A DNA stretch of 64,000 nucleotides from Eledone cirrhosa (Eukaryota). Where the stretch lies: assembly GCA_964016885.1 (NCBI GenBank), contig OZ024760.1:6944001-7008000 (forward strand), given 5' to 3'. Both the position numbers and the translations under genes were made by a program. This document shows, piece by piece, positions 39,603-51,900 of the stretch. Every line of letters begins with the position of its first letter. Positions within the stretch are counted from its first letter, which is position 1. Under the pieces are notes generated by a model. That model was not told the origin of the DNA. It made no database searches and worked only from the letters and a program-made list of their open reading frames with translations.

Positions 39603-39863
39603 GTTTGTATATGTATAATAGAGCCAAAACAATGCAGGTATGGACATAGAATAAAGAATGCAAATGCAAAAGATATTGTTGACAATTAGTCTTTTACCTT
39701 AGATTTATTTAAATAAATCTAAGGTAAAAGACTAATTGTCAACAATATCTTTTGCATTTGCATTCTTTATTCTATGTCCATACCTGCATTGTTTTGGCTT
39801 TATTATACATATACAAACGTTTATACCTCATTACACAATGCTTCAAATGAACTATAACCTCCT

Positions 39864-39904
<41 letters not shown>

Positions 39905-39907
<3 letters not shown>

Positions 39908-40580
39908 CAAATGAAGCAAAACAACAAAGTTGACTTGGTCTGCAGGATGCGCTCCTGGATTCTTAGAACTTTCCTGTCTAGAGAAACTCATACCATTATC
40001 CTTCTCTACTCTACCTCTTCCCAGCTCCAGCTGGAATACTGCTGTCCACTGTGGTCTCCCCACACAAAACAAGACATCATGAAAATAGAAGCATCCCAGA
40101 GGTCAATAACAAAAAAAGATAAACAGCATGAGAGGCTTTGATTATTGGGGTCGACTAGAGAAACTCAAATTCTATTCTCTCCAATGCTGCCATGAGTGCT
40201 ACATCATTTGTATGATGTGGAAAATATTCCACCAATATTGATGTTGACATCAACTTTAAAATCCACACAAGGATTGGTCCCTGTGTTGTCCACCCACTAC
40301 AAAAATTGAACCTGCAACACATAACAACATTACGACACAACTATTTCATCTCAACCAGCCCAACACACTTTAATATAATACCAAAGTACATCAAAACAGA
40401 AACAGATCCCATAAATTTCAAGAAATCCCAGACAAACCCTCTACACTTGGATATATCTCTGAAAACAATAAATCCTTACTAGAGTGAGCCATGATGTCCA
40501 AAATATGACTGATCTAAAAGAGTGTGTTATTAAGTTAGACATGGCCTGGACCTATACTAGCCGAAACCTAAGTTATATAT
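39905..40580 (+). mobile_element. Degenerate CR1-group LINE RT C-terminal fragment
   Basis: WILRTF...LEYCCPLWSPH...EASQRSITK, then after a frameshift YWGRLEKLKFYSL. Confidence 0.7.
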
Positions 40581-40812
40581 AAAATATATATATGTAATTG
40601 TTCTCATCGCTCCACATAATAACGTATTATCTTCGCTTTTTTCCGTTCATTGCCAGGGAACGTCTTCACGAACCAAAGTATCGTCTTCCTGTTTTCCTTC
40701 GGTTGCAAAGTTTTTCAAAATATTTACTTCTGCGTTCACAGATTGATTTCTCTAGTTTCAGAAGGTTAAGAGTGAAAGCAGCGATTCTTTGCTTAAACAC
40801 TTTAATCTGTTA

Positions 40813-40855
<43 letters not shown>

Positions 40856-41231
40856 GGCTTAGCGGTTAGAGCATTGGCCTTGCAATCGAAAGGTTGTGAC
40901 TTCAATTCTATGATGTGTTGTTTCCTTGAGCAAGACACTTTATTTCACATTACTCCAGTTTACTCAGCTGTAGAAATGAGATGATAGGAACTGGGGTCCC
41001 TATCATTCCACTGTAAAGTGGTTGTAGAGGTGCCACGGCAAAAAAGCACCCAACCCACACAGTAAAGTGGACGTGTAAGCGCCACGGAAAAAAAAAGCAC
41101 CCAGCATTCACTGTAAATGAGGTTGGTGTTGGGAAGGGCATCTAGCTGTAGAAATCAACCCAGAATCAGTTGCCATCCCACCTTTGCAAGCAGGGAAAAG
41201 TGGACGTAAAATGAAATGATGATATATATAC

Positions 41232-41717
41232 GAAAGGCCGATTGTATGATGCCTGTGTGAGGAGCGCGATGCTGCATGGTAGTGAGACATGGGCAGCAAC
41301 TGCAGAGGATATGCGACGGCTGGAGAGAAATGAGGCAAGCATGCTCCGTTGGATGTGCAGTGTAAATGTGCGTGAACGACCCAGCATAAATGTGTTGAGA
41401 GAGAAACTGTGTCTGAGAGGGATAGAATGTAGTGTACGGGAGAGGAGACTGAGGTGGTATGGACATGTGATGCGCATGGAGGATGACCGATGGGTGAAGA
41501 AGTGCCAGGAATTGCCAGTTGAAGGAAGACGTGGTAGAGGTAGACCACGAAAAACATGGGCGGAGGTGGTGAGAACAGACCTCAGATCATTGAAGCTCAC
41601 GGTGGAGATGACGAGGGACCGTGACGAGTGGAGAGATGCTGTGCTGAATAAGACCCGTCCCACTCTTGCAAGCAGGGAAAAGCGGACGTAAAATGATGAT
41701 GATGATGATGATGATGA
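41232..41717 (+). mobile_element. RTE LINE 3' fragment with open frame and essentially no 3' UTR
   Basis: 149-aa frame ...[21 protein letters not shown]...GRPRKTW. The stop codon lies inside GGACGTAAAATGATG. Confidence 0.9.
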
Positions 41718-42031
41718 TATATATATATATAGATTGATATATATATAGATTGATATATAATATATAAGGATCATGTGGCTCTATAATGGTTCTCTCTCTC
41801 TCTCTCTCTCTCTCTCTATTATATATATATATGCTAATAAACACGCACACATAAGTATACATACACACACACAAATATACACCCACACATATACCTATAC
41901 ACACGCACACACACACCTATACACCCATAGATATCCGCATAGACAAAAATCAATGAAATATTTTAAATCAATAAAAAATGTTTCCATTTTACAATTTTTC
42001 CTATAAAATGTAAAATATTATTTTATAATAA

Positions 42032-42555
42032 ACCCTTGACACACCAGTGACCCTTGACACACCAGTGACCCTTGACACACCAGTGACCCTTGACACACTA
42101 GTGACCCTTGACACACTAGTGACCCTTGACACACCAGTGACCCTTGACACACTAGTGACCCTTGACACACTAGTGACCCTTGACACACCAGTGACCCTTG
42201 ACACACTAGTGACCCTTGACACATTAGTGACCCTTGACACACTAGTGACCCTTGACACACCAGTGACCCTTGACACACTAGTGACCCTTGACACACTAGT
42301 GACCCTTGACACACCAGTGACCCTTGACACACTAGTGACCCTTGACACACTAGTGACCCTTGACACACCAGTGACCCTTGACACACCAGTGACCCTTGAC
42401 ACACTAGTGACCCTTGACACACTAGTGACCCTTGACACACCAGTGACCCTTGACACACCAGTGACCCTTGACACACCAGTGACCCTTGACACACTAGTGA
42501 CCCTTGACACACCAGTGACCCTTGACACACCAGTGACCCTTGACACACTAGTGAC
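42032..42555. repeat. 18-bp minisatellite, about 29 copies
   Basis: ACCCTTGACACAC(C/T)AGTG in tandem, with no spacers. Confidence 0.97.
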
Positions 42556-42769
42556 GATCCTTATATCTGGCAAACTAAATATATACCTGTCTGTCTATCT
42601 TTCTGCCTGTTTGTCTGTCTGTCTGTGTCTGTCTCTGTGTCTGTCTCTGTGTCTGTCTGTCTGTCTATCTTTCTGCCTGTTTGCCTGTCTGTCTCTGTGT
42701 CTGTCTCTGTGTCTGTCTGTCTATGTTTCTGTCTGTCTGTCTGTCTGTCTATCTTTCTGTCTGTGTGTC

Positions 42770-42813
<44 letters not shown>

Positions 42814-42964
42814 AATTATTGTGTACAGTGCTCAGGTGCACTACCACTCGTCAAAGGTGCATGTGTAGTACATAGAATAATACACAAATGTCAGGGGAAG
42901 TGAATAGTGTATGAGTCATGATATACATGTGTGTATGTGTATGGAGGGGGAATATCAGGTGTAG

Positions 42965-43002
<38 letters not shown>

Positions 43003-43054
43003 GCTCTCTGTCTATCTAGCTGTCTGTCTGTCTGTCTGTTTGTCTATCTTTCTG

Positions 43055-43106
<52 letters not shown>

Positions 43107-43469
43107 AGTATCACTTTAGAAGGAGAATCAGGGTGGAGAGAGAGGCACTGCACCCCAGTAAATTTACTGAAAGGTGGGTGAATGAAGCGAAAATGGCCCG
43201 AGTGATTGGGCCTTCTCTGTTTATAAGCCTGTAGGTTGAGGAAGAGAGCAAAAGGAAGAAAGGAGCACTTGCACAACACGCTCCTCGAGTTGAGGGTTGT
43301 TCTATCTACGGGGTATTAAACAACCCATTTGTGGTGCATCCCCCCTATTGGGGATTTCGATTGTTGAAATTGTTTGTTTTTATATTTTTTACACGACTGT
43401 ATGTAAAATCCCCGGCATGTCTTTGTATTGTCCCCTTTCTTGTTGCGCCCTTGTGGCTAATAAAGAAAT
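43107..43469 (+). mobile_element. Tx1 3' end inserted in (TATC)n
   Basis: KYHFRRRIRVEREALHPSKFTERWV...SL*, ending GTGGCTAATAAAGAA. TATC repeats lie on both sides. Confidence 0.82.
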
Positions 43470-44552
43470 CTATCTATCTATCTCTAACACACACACATAC
43501 ATATAAAAATACATAATTATATATATATATAGAGAGAGAGAGAGGGGGGGGGGGGCAGAAAGATCTGTTGACAAAAATATAGATATATAAACAGACAAAG
43601 TCAATTTTATTTGCTTAGTTTATCACAGCAGTTATAGTGTTAGATAGATAGATTTCTTTTTTTTTTTTAGGTAGATAGTTGTTTGTATTCTATTCTAAAA
43701 AAGAATTCTATTATTTAGAAACAAAAACAACCAACAAAGGAAACAAAGCAAAGCAGTTGTTGCAGTGGAAGATTGTGTAAAAAGTCAATTTTATTTGCTT
43801 AGTTTAACACAGCAGTTATAGTGTTAGATTAACGACACAAAAAAGACCTTTTGTATTATGACATGCCTTCCGTCACATGTTACAAATGGTTGGATGACGA
43901 AGCCATGTTGAGTGGGATGACAGGGAGCTTTGAACATCAAAGAAAAAAAAATTATACTGCCCGTCATTTAGACGTCTAAGAGGAAGAAAGGAAAAAGAAA
44001 AAAGAAGGAAAGGATGGCTTCTACAGAACTAGAACTGTTTCATTCGAAGGAAATCATCAAAAATGAAACGATTCTAGTCCTGTAGAAGACATTTCTATAC
44101 ACTTCTACTTTTTTCTTTTTCCTTTCTTCCTCTTTACTTTTCTCCCCTTCCTTTCCTTTTTTCTAATCTCATATATCCTTTAAAATTTATTTATCATATG
44201 TTGTTTAGACACTGCTTTGCTCACAAGTGTCTTTTTTAAGCTTCATATCATAATAATAATAATAATGAAATTATTGTGTACAGTGCTCAGGTGCACTACA
44301 ACTCATCAAAGGTGCATGTATAGTACATAGAATAATGTACAAATGTCAGGAAAATGAACAGTGTATGAGTCATGATATAATAACAATAACAATAATGAAA
44401 TATTGTGTACAGTGCCCAGGTGCACCACAACTCATCAAAAAAGTGCATGTACAGTACATAGGGCAATGCACAAACATCAGTAAAATGAACAGTGCACGAG
44501 TCATGATACACACATGTGTGCATGTGTATGGAAGGGGTACATCATGTCTCCC

Positions 44553-44623
44553 TATTTTATCTGATGAGAACGCAAATATCGTCCCTGGATGATATTTGTT
44601 TTTGAAATGCGCATAATAAAATA
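44553..44623 (+). ncRNA. Type-I hammerhead ribozyme (family A)
   Basis: TATTTTAT-CTGATGA-GAACGCAAATATCGTCCCTGGATGATATTTGTTTTT-GAAA-TGCGCA-TA-ATAAAATA. Confidence 0.78.
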
Positions 44624-44900
44624 CATGGAACTTTTTTAACCATATTTTAATTTCTTCTTATATATATATATATATGTGTATATATATATGTGTATATATA
44701 TATATATGTGTATATATATATGTGTATATATATATGTGTGCGCGCGTGTGTGAGTTGCAGGTTCAATCAGAGGTGACCACAGTAAATAAGGTACCACATA
44801 CATTAGTAGAAGTGTATAGAAATGTCTTCTACGGGACTAGAACCGTTTCATTTTTGATGATTTCCTTCGAATGAAACAGTTCTAGTTCTGTAGAAGCCAT

Positions 44901-45262
<362 letters not shown>

Positions 45263-45856
45263 CAGTATGGATTCAGTTTAAAACTGGTTAGACCATTACT
45301 CAACGGAGTACGCGATTCTTGGGGTAGTAGAGTATGGTTATATTATAAAGAGTCGGGACCCCGACGGCTTGTATTGGTACTGTACGTCCCTTTACGGTCT
45401 GAGTTCAAATCCCGCCGAGGTTAACTTTGCCTTTCATCCTTAAAATAAAGTACCAGTAATGTACTGGGTAATTGCTGGCCTTGTGCCAAAAGTAGAAACA
45501 ATTATTATTATTATTATATGTGGAGGCACATGGCTTAGTGGTTAGAGCATTGGTTAGAGCATTGGCCTTGCAATCGAAAGGTTGTGAGTTCAATTCTCAG
45601 ACCGGGTGATGTGTTGTTTCCTTGAGCAAGACACTTTATTTCACATTGCTCCAGTTTACTCAGCTGTAGGTTCCTATCATTCCACTGCAAAGTGGTCGTG
45701 GAGGTGCCACGCCAAAAAAGCACCCAGCACTCACTGTAAATGAGGTTGGTGTTAGGAAGGGCATCCAGCTGTAGAAATCAAGCCAGAATCAGTTCCCGTC
45801 CCACCCTTGCAAGCAGGGAAAAGTGGACGTAAAATGAAATGATGATGAAATGATGA

Positions 45857-46308
45857 TTATTGTTCTTTGAGTCTCAGTCATTGATGTTAGTTAACTGGAA
45901 AGTTTGTTGAAATGAATATCAAGCCACTACCTGCAGCCTCAGATATTCAGGACGTATCGGAGGGTTCTTGCTGTTCCCAGCAAGCATGCCTTTTGAAGCG
46001 TTCCAAAAAGCGTGAAGGGGCCAATTTTCTTCAACCATCCCTGGAAACCTTTTGAGATAGTCCCCAGTGCGCCTATGACAATCGGGACCACTTTGACTTC
46101 ATGGCAGTTCCAAATCCTTTTTACCTCCCACTTTAAGTCCTGGTATCGGTTAATTTTCTCCCTCTCCTTCTCTTGCACTCTCGTGTCGAATGGGCAGGCC
46201 ACATCCACAATCAGGCACGATCTTTTTTCTTTGTCCACAACCACCAGGTCAGGTCTATTGTGTTCCAGTTTCTTGTCCGTCTGTATCCTAAAATCCCACA
46301 GCACCTTC
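45857..46308 (-). mobile_element. R4/Dong-like non-LTR retrotransposon 3' fragment (restriction-like endonuclease)
   Basis: LWDFRIQTD..HNRPDLVVVD..IVDVACP..K..RYQDL..VPIVIGALG..QKACLLGTA is a PD-(D/E)xK-type endonuclease. A short 3' UTR ends at AACAATAAT. Confidence 0.85.
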
Positions 46309-46407
46309 AGCCGAGGTTAACTTTGCCTTTCATCCTTACGGGGTCGATAAAATAAAGTACCAGTAATGTACTGGGTAATTGCTGGCCTTGTGCCTAAAGT
46401 AGAAACA

Positions 46408-46449
<42 letters not shown>

Positions 46450-47130
46450 TAGTATAATTAAAATTTCATACACTTAACATGTGTGCACGACCTCAGGATT
46501 CAGGACCCAGTTATGGCCGCGCCACTGAATTGTGGAGGAGCCTCTTCAAAACTTGTCCCTTATTGAGGACCAGGACAAATTTACAAAACTACGAAAAAAA
46601 GCTCTTATGGAATAGATTCAGCATTGTCTTCCTTGGCAGGGTTGTTACAATTGTTTCTACGTTAGGCACAAGGCCAGCAATTACCCAGTGTATTACTGGT
46701 ACTTTATTTTATCGACCCCATAAAGATGAAAGGCAAAGTTAACCTCAGCCGGATTTCAACTCAGATCGTAAAGGGACATAACTACGCTGGAAAGCATGTC
46801 TGACCCTCTACCGATACTGCTAATTCACAGGGTTGTTACAATATCAGATAGAATGCTTTGCGGTATACATTTCTGCTTTCTGCTCTCTGAGTTCAAATCC
46901 CGCCGAGGTCAACTTTGTCTTTCATTTGAGGTCGATAAAAAAAAGTTGATTCTTCTTCTATATCTCTTTCCCTTATCTTCTATATCTTTTTGCCTCTCTA
47001 TCCCTTTTCTGGAAAAAATTTGCTGTATTTAGAGCTGGAGAGAGAATGGGCTCTGCCAGGTTTTAAAAAATTGCCCTAGCAATGCCATATGACAATATGA
47101 CGATCCTACAACTCCGACTCCCGAAGGAGT

Positions 47131-47335
47131 TATGCTGACAATCTGGTTCTTATAGCAAAATTAGTAGAGGAGATAGAGAATAAATTCTGGCTATGGAAAC
47201 AGCAGTTGGAATCAAGAGGACTGAGAGTGAACCTAGCTAAGACAAAAGTGTTGATAAGTAGAAAAGAGGACAAAACTCTGATTCCATCAGGGAAATGGCC
47301 ATGTTCGATATGTAGAAAAGAAGTTGGCATAAATT
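47131..47335 (+). pseudogene. Internal RTE RT fragment (no tail)
   Basis: YADNLVLIA...LESRGLRVNLAKTKVL...PSGKWPCSICRKEVG, homologous to 1411-1615. Confidence 0.8.
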
Positions 47336-47639
47336 TGTTGATAAAAACAAGTTGATTCTTCTTCTATGTCTCTTTCTCACTTCCTCTCTATCCTTCTCTG
47401 GAAAAAATCTGCTGTGTTTAGAGCTGGAGAGAGAATGGGCTCTGCCAGGTTTTAAAAAATTGCCCTAGCAATGCCATATGACAATATGGCGCTCCTACAA
47501 CTCCGACTCCCGAAGGAGTTATGGGACAAAAATAAATTCTTTGATCGTTATGATGATGATGATGATGGTGGTGGCCCATGGTGGTGATGACAAGACTATC
47601 AAATGTAACCATCACTAACACTATTACCAACATGCCCTC

Positions 47640-48490
47640 ATCATTCTAACATCACCAGCAGCACCACCACCACCACCACCACCACTACCACCAACACTAG
47701 CAGCAGCACCAGCACCACCAACACTAGCAGCACCACCACTACCACCAATACTACCAGCAGCCCCACCACTAGCAGCAGCACCACCACCACCACCACCACC
47801 ACCACTAGCAGCAGCAGCAGCAGCACCACTACCACCACCACTAGCAGCACCACCAGCACCAACACTACCACCACCACCACCACCACCACCCCTTACCCCA
47901 CATCATAATCGTTACTAACAACTTCACCACCATACTCCCCACTTCCACCATCACCACCATCACCATGCCTCCACTGTTACTATCATGACCTACACCCACC
48001 ACCAACAACAACAACCCTCACCCCACCACCAACAACAACAACCCTCACCCCACCACCACCAACAACAACAACCCCACCACCACCACCACCAACAACAACA
48101 AACCTCACCCCACCACCACCAACAACAACAACCCTCACTCCCACCACCACCAACAACAACAACAACCCTCACCCCACCACCACCAACAACAACAACCCCA
48201 CCACCACCACCACCAACAACAACAAACCTCACCCCACCACCACCAACAACAACAACCCTCACTCCCACCACCACCAACAACAACAACAAACCTCACCCCC
48301 ACCAACAACCCCCCCCCCCAACGCCCCCTCTCACCCCCCCATAACAATCATTATCAACATCCCCATCACCATGCCCTCCCACCATAAACCATCATTACTG
48401 AAATCACCATCACCACCGTCACCACCACCACCATTACAATCCTTACTAACACCTACCACTACCCCCACCCACCACCATCACCATCTACCT
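47640..48490. repeat. (CAC)/(CAG)/(CAA) low-complexity tract
   Basis: Read directly from the sequence. Confidence 0.9.
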
Positions 48491-48993
48491 AATACTAAAG
48501 AAGTCCCTGTAGAAGTAGGGACCAGCTCATATTTCATGATATGTGGAGGATAGGAGTGATGGGAGAGGGAAGGTAAGAAATAACTAGGACTAGACCCATG
48601 ATGTGTTCTCATTAGTGATGGAAATATGGTTTTTAGGAACTAAAATGGGGTATGCTAAGGTCTGTGTGGCTGAGGTGGGGTTTGGGGCTGGGTAGCTGCT
48701 GTATGTCCCCACATTCCTAAGAGAAACTGAAAAGTAGGATCAATGCCCCACCCCACCCCAACATACTTTACCCTACTCCATTTCCATCACTGATCCTCAT
48801 TATACTGTGAAGTCTGTCTCAAACCTCCACCCAAGAGTCTCATCAGGCCAGTGCTTATTTCAATTTCCTTAGCGTGGAGGCACAGAGACTACGAGACTCC
48901 CCCCCTGGATAGGGCGCCAGTCCATCACAGGGTTATGTCAAGTATATATATATAATAATAAGTTAAAATCTGTCCTAAGCCCAGAGGCTCACT

Positions 48994-51900
48994 GGACAGG
49001 ACACCAGTCTTGAGCCTGCAGGCTTACCAGGTTAGTTCTTATCCTGGTTTCTGTAGTGTGATGTTCAAGACTTCCCCCTGGACAGGACCCCAGTCTTGAG
49101 CCTGCAGGCTTACCAGGTTAGTTCTTATCCTGGTTTCTGTAGTGTGATGTTCAAGACTTCCCCCTGGACAGGACACCAGTCTTGAGCCTGCAGGCTTACC
49201 AGGTTAGTTCTTATCCTGGTTTCTGTAGTGTGATGTTCAAGACTTCCCCCTGGACAGGACACCAGTCTTGAGCCTGCAGGCTTACCAGGTTAGTTCTTAT
49301 CCTGGTTTCTGTAGTGTGATGTTCAAGACTTCCCCCTGGACAGGACACCAGTCTTGAGCCTGCAGGCTTACCAGGTTAGTTCTTATCCTGGTTTCTGTAG
49401 TGTGATGTTCAAGACTTCCCCCTGGACAGGACCCCAGTCTTGAGCCTGCAGGCTTACCAGGTTAGTTCTTATCCTGGTTTCTGTAGTGTGATGTTCAAGA
49501 CTTCCCCCTGGACAGGACCCCAGTCTTGAGCCTGCAGGCTTACCAGGTTAGTTCTTATCCTGGTTTCTGTAGTGTGATGTTCAAGACTTCCCCCTGGACA
49601 GGATGCCAGTCTTGAGCCTGCAGGCTTACCAGGTTAGTTCTTATCCTGGTTTCTGTAGTGTGATGTTCAAGACTTCCCCCTGGACAGGACACCAGTCTTG
49701 AGCCTGAAGGCTTACCAGGTTAGTTCTTATCCTGGTTTCTGTAGTGTGATGTTCAAGACTTCCCCCTGGACAGGACACCAGTCTTGAGCCTGCAGGCTTA
49801 CCAGGTTAGTTCTTATCCTGGTTTCTGTAGTGTGATGTTCAAGACTTCCCCCTGGACAGGACACCAGTCTTGAGCCTGCAGGCTTACCAGGTTAGTTCTT
49901 ATCCTGGTTTCTGTAGTGTGATGTTCAAGACTTCCCCCTGGACAAGACACCAGTCTTGAGCCTGCAGGCTTACCAGGTTAGTTCTTATCCTGGTTTCTGT
50001 AGTGTGATGTTCAAGACTTCCCCCTGGACAGGACCCCAGTCTTGAGCCTGCAGGCTTACCAGGTTAGTTCTTATCCTGGTTTCTGTAGTGTGATGTTCAA
50101 GACTTCCCCCTGGACAGGATGCCAGTCTTGAGCCTGCAGGCTTACCAGGTTAGTTCTTATCCTGGTTTCTGTAGTGTGATGTTCAAGACTTCCCCCTGGA
50201 CAGGACACCAGTCTTGAGCCTGCAGGCTTACCAGGTTAGTTCTTATCCTGGTTTCTGTAGTGTGATGTTCAAGACTTCCCCCTGGACAAGACACCAGTCT
50301 TGAGCCTGCAGGCTTACCAGGTTAGTTCTTATCCTGGTTTCTGTAGTGTGATGTTCAAGACTTCCCCCTGGACAGGACACCAGTCTTGAGCCTGCAGGCT
50401 TACCAGGTTAGTTCTTATCCTGGTTTCTGTAGTGTGATGTTCAAGACTTCCCCCTGGACAGGACACCAGTCTTGAGCCTGCAGGCTTACCAGGTTAGTTC
50501 TTATCCTGGTTTCTGTAGTGTGATGTTCAAGACTTCCCCCTGGACAGGACACCAGTCTTGAGCCTGCAGGCTTACCAGGTTAGTTCTTATCCTGGTTTCT
50601 GTAGTGTGATGTTCAAGACTTCCCCCTGGACAGGATGCCAGTCTTGAGCCTGCAGGCTTACCAGGTTAGTTCTTATCCTGGTTTCTGTAGTGTGATGTTC
50701 AAGACTTCCCCCTGGACAGGACACCAGTCTTGAGCCTGCAGGCTTACCAGGTTAGTTCTTATCCTGGTTTCTGTAGTGTGATGTTCAAGACTTCCCCCTG
50801 GACAAGACACCAGTCTTGAGCCTGCAGGCTTACCAGGTTAGTTCTTATCCTGGTTTCTGTAGTGTGATGTTCAAGACTTCCCCCTGGACAGGACACCAGT
50901 CTTGAGCCTGCAGGCTTACCAGGTTAGTTCTTATCCTGGTTTCTGTAGTGTGATGTTCAAGACTTCCCCCTGGACAGGACACCAGTCTTGAGCCTGCAGG
51001 CTTACCAGGTTAGTTCTTATCCTGGTTTCTGTAGTGTGATGTTCAAGACTTCCCCCTGGACAGGACACCAGTCTTGAGCCTGCAGGCTTACCAGGTTAGT
51101 TCTTATCCTGGTTTCTGTAGTGTGATGTTCAAGACTTCCCCCTGGACAAGACACCAGTCTTGAGCCTGCAGGCTTACCAGGTTAGTTCTTATCCTGGTTT
51201 CTGTAGTGTGATGTTCAAGACTTCCCCCTGGACAGGACACCAGTCTTGAGCCTGCAGGCTTACCAGGTTAGTTCTTATCCTGGTTTCTGTAGTGTGATGT
51301 TCAAGACTTCCCCCTGGACAGGACACCAGTCTTGAGCCTGCAGGCTTACCAGGTTAGTTCTTATCCTGGTTTCTGTAGTGTGATGTTCAAGACTTCCCCC
51401 TGGACAGGACACCAGTCTTGAGCCTGCAGGCTTACCAGGTTAGTTCTTATCCTGGTTTCTGTAGTGTGATGTTCAAGACTTCCCCCTGGACAGGACACCA
51501 GTCTTGAGCCTGCAGGCTTACCAGGTTAGTTCTTATCCTGGTTTCTGTAGTGTGATGTTCAAGACTTCCCCCTGGACAAGACACCAGTCTTGAGCCTGCA
51601 GGCTTACCAGGTTAGTTCTTATCCTGGTTTCTGTAGTGTGATGTTCAAGACTTCCCCCTGGACAGGATGCCAGTCTTGAGCCTGCAGGCTTACCAGGTTA
51701 GTTCTTATCCTGGTTTCTGTAGTGTGATGTTCAAGACTTCCCCCTGGACAAGACACCAGTCTTGAGCCTGCAGGCTTACCAGGTTAGTTCTTATCCTGGT
51801 TTCTGTAGTGTGATGTTCAAGACTTCCCCCTGGACAAGACACCAGTCTTGAGCCTGCAGGCTTACCAGGTTAGTTCTTATCCTGGTTTCTGTAGTGTGAT

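Noticed and set aside
42001-42868. ORFs with VSRVTG / CQGSLV / TLDTPV repeats
   Set aside because: These are translations of an 18-bp minisatellite, open in several frames, with no gene context.
46309-46440. Nin-SINE mobilised by the R4/Dong-like element
   Set aside because: There is no real 3' tail homology. The SINE ends in sense (ATT)n while the R4-like end runs into AAT, so the CR1-type (ATT)n tail is at least as good a match.
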